Source of the DNA: a virus
Lineage: Duplodnaviria > Caudoviricetes
Virus record (IMG/VR): IMGVR_UViG_3300049007_000012
Span: 1 to 52,348 of that record
DNA length: 52,348 nucleotides
Direction: 5' to 3' (one strand)
Every line of letters begins with the position of its first letter. The stretch's first letter is position 1. The position numbers were made by a program, and so were the translations under genes. The notes below the pieces were generated by a model. It was not told the DNA's origin, searched no databases, and worked only from the letters and a program-made list of their open reading frames with translations. This document shows, in pieces, positions 8,928-17,904 of the stretch.

Positions 8928-9143
8928 TCGCTACCTCCGTCCAGGCCACCCTCTACACGGCGTCCGGCTGCCTCATCGCTCTGGCCATGGCCGGCGCCGC
9001 CGCCCTCGGCCGCCGCCGGGGAGGCCGCTGATGCCCCGCGACCTCCTGCTGTTCCTCGGCATCTGCGCCCTCTGGGCCGTCCCCACGGTGCTGCTCGTCA
9101 TCTGGGCCGCCGTCGACGGCGGCCGCCCCCTCGGCGGTGACCA

Positions 9144-9407
9144 GTGACCGGCCCCCGCCCGTGGACGCCCGACGAGCGCATCCAGCGCGACGACGGCACG
9201 ACGGCCAGGCGCATCGTCGTCAAGCAGTGCTGCAACGGCTGCGGCGTCAAGCTCGGCGACACCACCGAGGCCGAGATCGTGGCATCCATCGTCGGCGACC
9301 CGATCGACGTCCGGGCCGAGTGCCCCTACTGCGGGCTGGGCTCGGTCTGGGCGCTCTGCCGTCACTGGGACGACATCGCCAACGACACCGCCGGCGGTGC
9401 CCGATGA
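9144..9407 (+). CDS. Hypothetical Zn-finger protein
   Basis: CNGCG and CPYC pairs. Confidence 0.65.
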   Translation: MTGPRPWTPDERIQRDDGTTARRIVVKQCCNGCGVKLGDTTEAEIVASIVGDPIDVRAECPYCGLGSVWALCRHWDDIANDTAGGAR

Positions 9408-9748
9408 CCCGCACCGCGCTCGCTCAGACCGAGGCCGAGTTCCAGGCCCAGGTCATCGACCTCGCCCGCATCACCGGATGGAAGGCCAACCACACCCGCC
9501 GCTCCATCGGCAAGGGCCGCCAGTGGACCACCGCCACCAGCGTCACCGGCTGGCCCGACCTCACCCTCTGGCGCCCGGGCCGCGGCGGCGTCATCTTCGC
9601 CGAGCTCAAGACCGACACCGGCAAGGTGTCCCTCGACCAGCAGACGATCCTCGCGTCGCTGCGGTCGGCCGGCGCCGAGGTCTACGTGTGGCGCCCCCGC
9701 GACTGGGACGAGATCGTCGCCCGCCTTCAGCGCCGGGAGGCATCGTGA
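9404..9748 (+). CDS. VRR-NUC (PD-D/ExK) nuclease
   Basis: EAEFQ..GWPDL..FAELKTDTGKVSLDQ. Confidence 0.88.
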   Translation: MTRTALAQTEAEFQAQVIDLARITGWKANHTRRSIGKGRQWTTATSVTGWPDLTLWRPGRGGVIFAELKTDTGKVSLDQQTILASLRSAGAEVYVWRPRDWDEIVARLQRREAS

Positions 9749-10353
9749 TGTTCCTCGCGACCGCCTCCGGCCCGACCGTCCGCCACGCCATCGCCGGCGG
9801 CCAGCTCGGCCAGATGGTCACCCCGGACGCCGGCAACCGGGTGGTCAACGGTGCCCGCTGGGCGCTCGACAACGGGTGCTTCTCCGACCGGTGGACGCCT
9901 GAGCGGTGGCTCGCCACGCTCGACCGCCACCAGAACGCGCCCGACTGCCTGTACGCCGTCGTGCCGGACGTGGTCGCCGACGCCCGAGCGACGAACGAGC
10001 GGTGGGCACGCTGGCATGGCGCCGCCCGCAACCGCGGCTACCGGTGCGCCTACGTCTTGCAGAACGGCTGCCGGTCCATCCCCGCGTCGGCCGGTGCCGT
10101 GTTCGTCGGCGGTGATGACCGGTTCAAGCTCGGTCCCGAGGTCCGAGCGCTCGTTGCCCTGGCCAAGCGCCGCCGCCTGTGGGTCCACATGGGCCGGGTC
10201 AACAGCCTCCGCCGCCTCCGGTACGCCGCCTGGCTCGGCTGCGACTCCGTCGACGGCACGTTCCTCGCCTTCGGACCTGACCGCAACCTGCCCCAGCTGC
10301 TCCGCTGGCTCCGGCTGGCCGCCGAGCCGACCCTGTTCGGAGGTGCGGCGTGA
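9748..10353 (+). CDS. TGT/DpdA-like transglycosylase-fold protein
   Basis: WALDNGCF, VPDVV, VFVGG, VHMGRVNS, DSVDGT motifs resembling TGT TIM-barrel strands. Confidence 0.65.
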   Translation: MFLATASGPTVRHAIAGGQLGQMVTPDAGNRVVNGARWALDNGCFSDRWTPERWLATLDRHQNAPDCLYAVVPDVVADARATNERWARWHGAARNRGYRCAYVLQNGCRSIPASAGAVFVGGDDRFKLGPEVRALVALAKRRRLWVHMGRVNSLRRLRYAAWLGCDSVDGTFLAFGPDRNLPQLLRWLRLAAEPTLFGGAA

Positions 10354-11867
10354 CGGCCACGGCGACAGACCTGTTCTGCGGGGGCGGCGGCACCAGCCTC
10401 GGCGCCGAGGCCGCCGGGCTGCAGCTCGTCATGGCTGCCAACCACTGGCAGACAGCGATCGACGTCCACCAGGCCCACTTCCCCGAGGCCGGCCACGACT
10501 GCGCCGACATCAGCCAGGCCGACCCGCGCCGCTACCCGGTCACCGACGTCCTGCTCGCCTCCCCCGAGTGCACGAACCACAGCCAGGCCCGCGGCGTGTC
10601 ACGCAAGCGGCAGGACCCGACCCTGTGGGACGCACCGGACCCGGCCGCCGAGCGCAGCAGGGCGACCATGTGGGACGTCGTCCGGTTCGCCGAGCAGATC
10701 CGGTACGCCGCCATCGTCGTCGAGAACGTCGTCGAGGCCACCCGCTGGGCGCTCTGGCCGGCGTGGCTCCAGGCGATGACCGCGCTCGGATACGAGCACC
10801 GGGTCCTCTCGCACAACTCCATGCACCACGGCGTCCCCCAGTCCCGGGACCGCATCTACGTGGTGTTCTGGCGCAAGGGCCTGCGGATCGACCTCGACCT
10901 CGAGCTGCAGGCGTGGTGCCCGCGCTGCGACGCCGCCCGGACCGTGCGCCAGGCGTGGAAGCCCGACCGGTGGGTCGGCCGCTACCGCCAGCAGTGGACC
11001 TGGGCGTGCGGTAGCTGCGGGGTCCGGTGCGAGCCCGGGACCAGCCCGGCCGCCGAGATCATCGACTGGGGCCTGCCGTGCCCGCGGATCGGTGACCGGC
11101 GAACGAAGAAGGGCAAGCCCAAGCCGCTCGCCGACGCCACCCGCGCCCGCATCCTCGCCGGCCTGCAGCGGTACGGCTGGGCTCCGGTCGTCACCGCCGG
11201 CGCCGGCCACGTCTACGAGACCACCCCGGGGAACCGGGCCCGGCCGCTGACCGACCCGCTGTCCGTGCAGGGCGGGACATCGCAGCACGCCCTCGCCACC
11301 CCGCCCGAGGGGATGATCGTGCCGCTGCGCCGCAACGGCCAGGCCCAGGGCGCCGATGAGGTGCTGTCCACCGTGACCGCCGGCGGCAACCACCACGCCC
11401 TCGTCATCACGAACGACCACGCCAACCGGGCCCGCTCGGTCGGCGAGCCGCTGCCGACCGCCACGACCGGCAACCGGCACGGCCTCCTCATGCGGAACAA
11501 CGGCGGCGGCGCCGAGATGGTCACCCCGCTCGACGAGCCCGCCCGCACGGTCACCACCAAGGGCCACCAAAGCCTGCTCGTGCCGTACAACGGCACCGGC
11601 CAGGCCCGCCCCGCCGACCGGCCGCTCGGCGCCCAGCCCGCCACCGACCGGTGGTCGCTCGTCGACATCGAGGCCCTGGTCGACGACTGCGGGTTCCGGA
11701 TGCTCGAGCCCCACGAGATCGCCGCCGCCATGGCGTTCCCCGCTGGCTATATCCCCTCGGCGCTGACCAAGCGCGACCGGGTCAGGCTGGCCGGCAACGC
11801 CGTCACGCCGCCCGTCATGCAGTGGATCACCGGCCGGATCCTCCAAGCGCTCGAGGCGGCAGCGTGA
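10350..11867 (+). CDS. C5-cytosine DNA methyltransferase
   Basis: DLFCGGGG, SPECT, ENV, QSRDR, GNAV. Confidence 0.93.
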   Translation: MTATATDLFCGGGGTSLGAEAAGLQLVMAANHWQTAIDVHQAHFPEAGHDCADISQADPRRYPVTDVLLASPECTNHSQARGVSRKRQDPTLWDAPDPAAERSRATMWDVVRFAEQIRYAAIVVENVVEATRWALWPAWLQAMTALGYEHRVLSHNSMHHGVPQSRDRIYVVFWRKGLRIDLDLELQAWCPRCDAARTVRQAWKPDRWVGRYRQQWTWACGSCGVRCEPGTSPAAEIIDWGLPCPRIGDRRTKKGKPKPLADATRARILAGLQRYGWAPVVTAGAGHVYETTPGNRARPLTDPLSVQGGTSQHALATPPEGMIVPLRRNGQAQGADEVLSTVTAGGNHHALVITNDHANRARSVGEPLPTATTGNRHGLLMRNNGGGAEMVTPLDEPARTVTTKGHQSLLVPYNGTGQARPADRPLGAQPATDRWSLVDIEALVDDCGFRMLEPHEIAAAMAFPAGYIPSALTKRDRVRLAGNAVTPPVMQWITGRILQALEAAA

Positions 11868-12919
11868 CGGCCCGGCTCCTCGTGGGCGACGTGTGGGACC
11901 GCCTGGGCGAGCTGCCCGACGGGTCGGTGCACAGCGTCATCACCTCGCCGCCGTACTGGCGGAAGCGCCGCTACCTCCCGCCGGACCACCCGCTCGCCGA
12001 CCGTGAGATCGGACAGGAGCCGTCGCCCGGCGACTTCCTCGCCACGATGCTGCGCCTCACCGATGAGCTGTGGCGGGTCGTCAGGGACGACGGGACCATC
12101 TGGATCAACCTCGGTGACACAGCCGCGGTCTCCGGTGGCGCCGGCGGCGACTACGACCCCGGCGGCCGCCGGGAGGGCCAGAACCGCTACGAGGGTTCGG
12201 GGCGAGCAAGCCGGCGCCGCGACAAGACCCCGGTCGCTGCCGTGGCGCGAGCAGCCGGGCTGGGTGTCCCGCTCGCCAAGTCGGTGTGCTGGATCCCTGA
12301 GCTGTTCGGCGCGTCGCTCGCCTACGGGCGCAACCTTCTGACCGGTGAGCCCTGCCGGCAGTGGATCACCCGCCCCAAGGTCACGTGGTGCAAGCCGACG
12401 ATCACCCCCGGCAGGTGCGACGACCGGTTCCGGGTCGCGACCGAGCTGTTCGTGTGGGCGTCCAAGCAGCCGGTCTACTACTGGGACCGGGCTTCGATCC
12501 TTGAGCCGCTGGCGGCCTCGCCTGGCAATCGGTACACGCGGCGCATCACGTCGGCCGACCGGGCCATGCGGGACCAGGGCGAGCAGACGGCGAACACGTT
12601 CACCGCTGAGTACGACCCGACGCAGGCTGATGGCGCGCCGCCGATGGACTGGTGGGTGGTCAACACCTCCGGCTATGCCGGCGCCCACTTCGCGACGTTC
12701 CCGCCGGAGTTGATCGTCCGGCCGGTGCTGGCCTCGTGCCCGCCCGGCGGGACGATCCTCGATCCGTTCGGCGGATCCGGCACGACCGCCGTGGTCGCCA
12801 CCGGTCACGGCCGGAACTGCGTCCTGATCGACTTCGATGAGCGCAACGCCGTGCTCGCCGCCGAGCGGGTCGGCATGTTCCTCGAGGTCGACCACCCGAT
12901 CACGGAGGCGGCGTCGTGA
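11864..12919 (+). CDS. N4-C/N6-A DNA methyltransferase (beta class)
   Basis: TSPPY then HFATFP and DPFGGSGTT. Confidence 0.92.
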   Translation: MTARLLVGDVWDRLGELPDGSVHSVITSPPYWRKRRYLPPDHPLADREIGQEPSPGDFLATMLRLTDELWRVVRDDGTIWINLGDTAAVSGGAGGDYDPGGRREGQNRYEGSGRASRRRDKTPVAAVARAAGLGVPLAKSVCWIPELFGASLAYGRNLLTGEPCRQWITRPKVTWCKPTITPGRCDDRFRVATELFVWASKQPVYYWDRASILEPLAASPGNRYTRRITSADRAMRDQGEQTANTFTAEYDPTQADGAPPMDWWVVNTSGYAGAHFATFPPELIVRPVLASCPPGGTILDPFGGSGTTAVVATGHGRNCVLIDFDERNAVLAAERVGMFLEVDHPITEAAS

Positions 12920-13200
12920 CCGGTCTCGTCGTGCTGGTCGTCGCTGCGTGGGCCGGGCTGACGCTCGACGCCTGGTACCGGGAGCACCCGGACCCGGCGC
13001 CGCCGGACCGGAACCTGGGGTGGGTGCTGGAGCGGGCCACCGGCCGCCGCCACCCCGGTATCCCCGCGCCGCCGCGGCCCCGGCCCATCGCGCTCATCGC
13101 CGACCCCATGGCACGACGCGAGGCCGCCGCCGCGCACTGCCGCCGCCGCCACGCCATCGCCAAGACCGACCACCACCCCGACCCGATCGGAGCCTCGTGA
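12916..13200 (+). CDS. Hypothetical membrane protein
   Basis: GTGA coupling, N-terminal TM. Confidence 0.55.
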   Translation: MTGLVVLVVAAWAGLTLDAWYREHPDPAPPDRNLGWVLERATGRRHPGIPAPPRPRPIALIADPMARREAAAAHCRRRHAIAKTDHHPDPIGAS

Positions 13201-14000
13201 TCTTCGACGCTCGCACCATCGCCCGCGGCTGGCTCGCCGCCGCCCTCGCCTCCGGCAAGGACAGCGGCCGCCCCTCCCTCGACCGCACCGTCTACATCGA
13301 GTCCTACGCCGAGGGCGTCCGCTTCGTCGCGACCGACAGCATCACCCTGCTGCACGTCTGGGTCCCGGACATCGAGCACGAGCTCGACCCCGGTCCCACC
13401 CTCGACGAGGCACCGATCAAGACCGCCATCGCGATCGACACCCACGGCCGTGCCAAGGGGTTCCTGCAGCACCTCCTCAAGCTCGCCATCACGGCCCAGG
13501 AGGAGGACCGGGACGCGGTCGAGGTGCGCCTGCGCCTCGACGTGGCGGACCGCCCCGCCGTCCAGGGTCAGGCCACGTTCGAGGGGCTGGAGGCCCGGTT
13601 CGTCGTGCTCGAGCAGCCCGACGTCGGCGACGAGGCCGAGCGCATCAAGCTCGTCACCTGCGAGGGCGTCTACCCGACCTGGCGCACGCTGCTCGAGCAG
13701 TTCACGCCGGAGCTGACGACCCAGCTCGCGCTCGCTCCGAAGGTCGTCGGCCAGCTGGCCAAGATCGGCCAGTGGTACCCCCGGGCCCGGCTCGGCTGGT
13801 CGTTCGGCGGGGAGAACAAGGCCGCCCGGCTCACGGTCATCGACTCCGAGCCGTACGTCGAGGGCGTCGTCATGCCGGTCCGGTGGGACATCGACGCCAA
13901 CGCCCCTCGGGTCGATGACGTAGTCGCTGAGGCCGAGGGCATCGCCCGCGACGCCGCCGACGCCGGGGGAGACGACGAGGAGGGCAGCGCAGATGCCTGA
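13197..14000 (+). CDS. Truncated beta sliding-clamp-like protein
   Basis: RPSL...FVATDS and C-terminal VVMPVR resemble DnaN central and C-terminal domains. Confidence 0.55.
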   Translation: MIFDARTIARGWLAAALASGKDSGRPSLDRTVYIESYAEGVRFVATDSITLLHVWVPDIEHELDPGPTLDEAPIKTAIAIDTHGRAKGFLQHLLKLAITAQEEDRDAVEVRLRLDVADRPAVQGQATFEGLEARFVVLEQPDVGDEAERIKLVTCEGVYPTWRTLLEQFTPELTTQLALAPKVVGQLAKIGQWYPRARLGWSFGGENKAARLTVIDSEPYVEGVVMPVRWDIDANAPRVDDVVAEAEGIARDAADAGGDDEEGSADA

Positions 14001-14400
14001 GACCCTCGCCTACACGGGCCAACTCGTGATCGTCACGTGCTGGTGCGGCATCAACCACGCGATCCCCAGCGACCTCAACGCCTGGGCCAACGCGAGCGCC
14101 AAGAACGCCGTGCACTGCCCCCTCGGCCACGAGTGGGTCCGGCGCGAGTCGGAGGCCGCCAAGGTCCGACGGCAGCTCGAGCGTGAGCGCGAGCGGGCCA
14201 CGTTGCTGCGGAGCCGGGTCGACCAGGAGCGTGCCCGTGGCGACCACGAGGCCGCCCGGGCACGCGGGTACAAGGGCGCGCTGACCAAGGTCAAGAAGCG
14301 GGTGGGGAACGGCGTGTGCCCGTGCTGCCAGCGGTCGTTCCCCGACCTGGCCGCCCACATGGCCGGCCAGCATCCCGACTACGCCGACGGCGCCGCCTGA
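13993..14400 (+). CDS. Zn-finger/coiled-coil protein
   Basis: CWC..CPLGH, coiled coil, CPCC..H...H. Confidence 0.7.
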   Translation: MPETLAYTGQLVIVTCWCGINHAIPSDLNAWANASAKNAVHCPLGHEWVRRESEAAKVRRQLERERERATLLRSRVDQERARGDHEAARARGYKGALTKVKKRVGNGVCPCCQRSFPDLAAHMAGQHPDYADGAA

Positions 14401-14564
14401 TGGCGCAGGTCAGCTATGACGCCGACTACCTGGCCGACGACCTCGCCGGCTGCCTCCTCTGGTTCTGGCCGCCGTACTGGGTCCGGGCCGGCATCCGCCG
14501 GTTCCGGGCCCGGCGGGCGCGCCATGACCCCGCGTGGGTCGACCCCACCACCGGGACCCTGTGA
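14400..14564 (+). CDS. Small hypothetical protein
   Basis: TGATG coupling both ends. Confidence 0.5.
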   Translation: MAQVSYDADYLADDLAGCLLWFWPPYWVRAGIRRFRARRARHDPAWVDPTTGTL

Positions 14565-15016
14565 TGCCGCGCCTGATGTCCGTCGCGCTCACCGAGGCCG
14601 CCGTCGTCGACCGCACGAAGACCGTCACCCGCCGCCTCGGCTGGCGGATGCTCAAGCCGGGCGACCGGCTCACCCTCTGCCGCAAGGTCATGGGCCGCCG
14701 CAAGGGCGAGCCGCTGGTGCGACTCGCCGAGGTCGAGGTCGTGTCCGTCCGCCGCGAACGTGTGTGGGACATCACCGACGGCGACATCGCCCGCGAGGGC
14801 GTGCCGGTCGATCTGTTCGACGAGTGGTGGACCAGCAACGGCCAGCCCACCCCCCGAGCGTGGGTCGCCTGGTTCTGCGATCAGATGCGCTGCCGGCCCG
14901 ACGACGACATCACGCGCATCGAGTGGCGCTACGTCATCGCAGACCCGGGCCGTCCCCAGCCCGCGGCCAGCATCGACCGCTCGCCCTCGTCGACCACCTG
15001 CGGGCGGTCGTCGTGA
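14564..15016 (+). CDS. ASCH-domain protein
   Basis: RTKTVTRRLGW..LKPGD..ITDGDIAREG..RIEW. Confidence 0.8.
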   Translation: MPRLMSVALTEAAVVDRTKTVTRRLGWRMLKPGDRLTLCRKVMGRRKGEPLVRLAEVEVVSVRRERVWDITDGDIAREGVPVDLFDEWWTSNGQPTPRAWVAWFCDQMRCRPDDDITRIEWRYVIADPGRPQPAASIDRSPSSTTCGRSS

Positions 15017-15264
15017 GCCTCGCGGGGCGGGTGCACATCGAGGTGGGCGACCACGTACCGGTCGGCCGCATCCGTCGCATCCTCCGCCGTCGCGTACACC
15101 GTGCCGCCACCCAGCCACAGGCCCCCGGCGTGCGGGCAGCCCCGAGGTTCGATGTACAGGCCGAACCGGCCGGAGCCCTCGGTCACGACGGCGTAGCGGT
15201 GCCCGTCGACGCCGTGGCCGACCCACTCCCGGCCCGGGGTGACCTCGCTCCACTGCAGCCCCAC
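14929..15264 (-). CDS. Hypothetical protein on opposite strand, leaderless, under SOS-like box
   Basis: High GC3 on minus strand; TATGTT 6 nt before GTG. Confidence 0.65.
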   Translation of the reverse strand: MGLQWSEVTPGREWVGHGVDGHRYAVVTEGSGRFGLYIEPRGCPHAGGLWLGGGTVYATAEDATDAADRYVVAHLDVHPPREAHDDRPQVVDEGERSMLAAGWGRPGSAMT

Positions 15265-15268
15265 GACA

Positions 15269-15282
15269 CGAACATACGTCCG
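15269..15282. promoter_or_regulatory. LexA (SOS) box-like operator
   Basis: CGAAC-ATAC-GTCCG, one mismatch to CGAAC-N4-GTTCG, overlapping a -10 hexamer. Confidence 0.6.
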
Positions 15283-15333
15283 CCTGTCGCCGACGTCGAG
15301 CGAGCACCCAGTCGACCCAGTAATCTGGGTCCG

Positions 15334-15510
15334 ATGGGGAATGCGACCACGGTGGTCGACAGCCGGGACCCCGGCGCGCTCGACACCCCGGCCGACGGCA
15401 CCCTCCGCGTCGTCGTCCACCCCCTCTGCAACGCCTGCGGCGACCCCATCGCGGCCCCGACCGCTGGCGATGGCCGCTGCGCCGCCTGCCGGGCGACCGG
15501 GCGGACCTGA
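15334..15510 (+). CDS. Small Zn-finger protein, leaderless
   Basis: TAATCT-7 nt-ATG; CNAC and CAAC. Confidence 0.6.
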   Translation: MGNATTVVDSRDPGALDTPADGTLRVVVHPLCNACGDPIAAPTAGDGRCAACRATGRT

Positions 15511-15784
15511 TGCCCGGCGACGCCGCATCCCACCGCTACGGCCGCCGAGGCGGGGGCTGGCTCCCCGCGGCCCCCGCCGAGCTGCCGCCCGGCCACTGCT
15601 GGACCTGCCGCCGCCGCCCCGCCCGCTGCGAGGCCGTCGCCATCACCCGCCGCCGAGACGGCATGACCGAGACCGACGCCTGGCCCGTCTGCGACGGCTG
15701 CCGGGCCCAGGGCGAGCGCACCCGCGCCGCCTCCGCTACCGGGCGCTCATCGAGCCCCACGAACCCACGGAGACCGCAGCCTGA
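15510..15784 (+). pseudogene. Zn-finger ORF with apparent -1 frameshift near 15725
   Basis: CWTC/CDGC in one frame; plausible C-terminus and TGATG coupling in the -1 frame. Confidence 0.4.
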
Positions 15785-16209
15785 TGGCCAGCTGGTCCTA
15801 TGCCACTCACCGCGAGGAGGCCATGGCCGCCGCCCGAGCCGAGCGCACCGAGCTCGACCCGCCGCCCGCCGCCGCCCTCGACAAACCCCAGCCCGCCGCC
15901 CGGTGGGTCATCAACGCGCACTGCGCCCGCTGCGGCGGACCGCTCGAGCACCAGGCCCAGAGCGTCACCAACGGGGTGACCGCCCAGGCCACCGGCCGGT
16001 GCGTCCCCTGCCGGCGCACCTACAGCGTCGTCGTCCGCCTCCACGACGTCACGAAGGACATCAACCACCGGCCGGCCAAGGTCGCCGGCTCCACCCACGG
16101 CACGTACAGCTGCTACGCCGCCGGCTGCCGGCGCCCCGAGTGCCGCGCCGCCGCTGCCGCCTACCAGCGCGACCGGCGGGCCAGCCAGCGCGCCCAGGTG
16201 CCCGCGTGA
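15784..16209 (+). CDS. Zn-binding hypothetical protein
   Basis: CARC, CVPC and HGTYSCY..GCRRPEC motif. Confidence 0.7.
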   Translation: MASWSYATHREEAMAAARAERTELDPPPAAALDKPQPAARWVINAHCARCGGPLEHQAQSVTNGVTAQATGRCVPCRRTYSVVVRLHDVTKDINHRPAKVAGSTHGTYSCYAAGCRRPECRAAAAAYQRDRRASQRAQVPA

Positions 16210-16550
16210 GCAGCCACGGCGTCTACGACGACGGCCGCCCGTACGAACCCCCCGAGCCCGCCGGCGAGCTGGTCCCCGTGGCGGTCCAGCCCGACCAGGT
16301 GGTCACCGGCACCGGCGAAGTCATCCCCGCCGGCGACACCCCCACCTGCCCCCGCTGCGGGCTCCACGACCGGGCCAGCCGGATCAACCACCCCCACGGC
16401 CGCTACTACTGCAGCTGCGGCCACCTGTTCGAGGGCACCCAGGCCGAGTGGCACCGCCTCGCCAAGACCCGCCGGGCCGCCATCGCGCTCCGCAACGGCG
16501 ACGTCGCCCCGATCAAACCCGAGCCCCGCGTCATCCGGAGAGGCACCTGA
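16206..16550 (+). CDS. Zn-ribbon hypothetical protein
   Basis: CPRC...YCSCGHLF; coupled to both neighbours. Confidence 0.65.
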   Translation: MSSHGVYDDGRPYEPPEPAGELVPVAVQPDQVVTGTGEVIPAGDTPTCPRCGLHDRASRINHPHGRYYCSCGHLFEGTQAEWHRLAKTRRAAIALRNGDVAPIKPEPRVIRRGT

Positions 16551-17272
16551 TGCCCCGCCCGCAGCGCCCCTGGTTCCGGTTCTACGTCGAGGCCCTGTCC
16601 GACCGGAAGCTGCGCCGCCTCACCCCCGCCCAACGCTGGCTCTGGGTCGCCGTGCTCGGCGCCGCCCGCCAGTCCCCCGTCCCGGGCGTGCTGCTCGTCT
16701 CCGACGACGAGCCGATGGACCCCGACGACCTGGCCGACATCGCCGGCATGACCCGACGCGAGGTCGTCAAGGCGCTCCCGCTGTTCGAGCGGGCCGGGAT
16801 GATCGACCGCGACGACGACCTCGACGCCTGGCGGGTGACGAACTGGGGGACCCGCCAGTGGGAGAGCGACGACACGACCGAACGGACCCGGAAGCACCGT
16901 CGTAGGAACGTTCCAACAACGGCCGTAGGAACGCCTCCAGAGACAGAGGCAGATACAGATCCCTCCCCCCAGCCCCCCGGACCCTCACCCGAGCCGACGC
17001 CCACGCCGGCCGGAGGGATCATCGAGCAAGCCGTCGAGCTCGCCGCCAAGCGCTACGGCCAGCACGAGCAGACCCAGGGCCGAGGCCGGGCCGCCGAAGG
17101 GCTCGCCAGCTACTGGCTCCAGCAGAACGCCACCGGCGCCCGAGAGCGTGCCCGAGCCCTGCTCGCCGACTACGACCTCGGACTCACCCAGCTCGCCGAC
17201 GCCCTCACCCAGCCCAACCCCCGCTGGCTGGAGTCGTTCCGCCGTCGCACCCCCGCCGGCGCCGCATCGTGA
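16550..17272 (+). CDS. Phage replication initiator (replisome organiser-like)
   Basis: PWFRFY..LSDRKLRRL..RWLWV..L, NW..RQ..ERTRKHR, Pro-rich linker. Confidence 0.75.
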   Translation: MPRPQRPWFRFYVEALSDRKLRRLTPAQRWLWVAVLGAARQSPVPGVLLVSDDEPMDPDDLADIAGMTRREVVKALPLFERAGMIDRDDDLDAWRVTNWGTRQWESDDTTERTRKHRRRNVPTTAVGTPPETEADTDPSPQPPGPSPEPTPTPAGGIIEQAVELAAKRYGQHEQTQGRGRAAEGLASYWLQQNATGARERARALLADYDLGLTQLADALTQPNPRWLESFRRRTPAGAAS

Positions 17273-17703
17273 CCGGGCACCGCTGGCCGCTCGAGCCGCT
17301 GGCTCGCGCCATGGGCATCACCCTCGGCCGGGTCGGTGGCCAGCAGCCCGGCCAGCTACCCGAGGGCCTGGCCGACATCGCCGACCGCCTCGGCGTCTCC
17401 CACCGCACCGCCCGACGCTGGCACCAGCACGGCCTCTCCGAGACCCTGGCCGACCGCCACGCCGTCGCCGCCAGCCACCTCCCCCGAGACATCTGGCCCG
17501 ACTGGGACGACCCCGTACCCCCCGAAGACCTGGCCGGGACCGCCGCAGCGAACTGGGCCAAGACCACCTGCCCCGCCGGCCATGCCTACGACGGCGTGGA
17601 CGGCCGGGGCTGGCGGACCTGCACCCCGTGCATCGCCGAGCGAGTCCGCCGACATCGCGCAAAGACCCAGGTCGCAACACTCGTTACGGAGACCGCCGCA
17701 TGA
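17269..17703 (+). CDS. HTH protein with C-terminal CxxGH...CxxC motif
   Basis: IADRLGVSHRTARRW HTH; KTTCPAGHAY...CTPC. Confidence 0.75.
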   Translation: MTGHRWPLEPLARAMGITLGRVGGQQPGQLPEGLADIADRLGVSHRTARRWHQHGLSETLADRHAVAASHLPRDIWPDWDDPVPPEDLAGTAAANWAKTTCPAGHAYDGVDGRGWRTCTPCIAERVRRHRAKTQVATLVTETAA

Positions 17704-17900
17704 TCCGAGACGGCTACACCACCATCGTCGGCGGCGGCCTCTGGCTCGCCGGCGCCAGCCTCGGCGTGGCCACCATCCTCGCACCCCTCACCGCCACCCT
17801 CGTGGCAGCCCGCCGCGCCTGGCTCCGCCACGGACGCTGGTGGACCACCCGAACCCGCCTCACCCTCCAGCGCATCCGGCCCAGCCGGACCCCACGATGA
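17700..17900 (+). CDS. Small membrane protein
   Basis: ATGA coupling, hydrophobic N-half. Confidence 0.5.
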   Translation: MIRDGYTTIVGGGLWLAGASLGVATILAPLTATLVAARRAWLRHGRWWTTRTRLTLQRIRPSRTPR

Positions 17901-17904
17901 CCCC

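Noticed and set aside
9404-12919. Restriction-modification system
   Set aside because: The nuclease is a small VRR-NUC typical of phage recombination modules; methyltransferases look orphan
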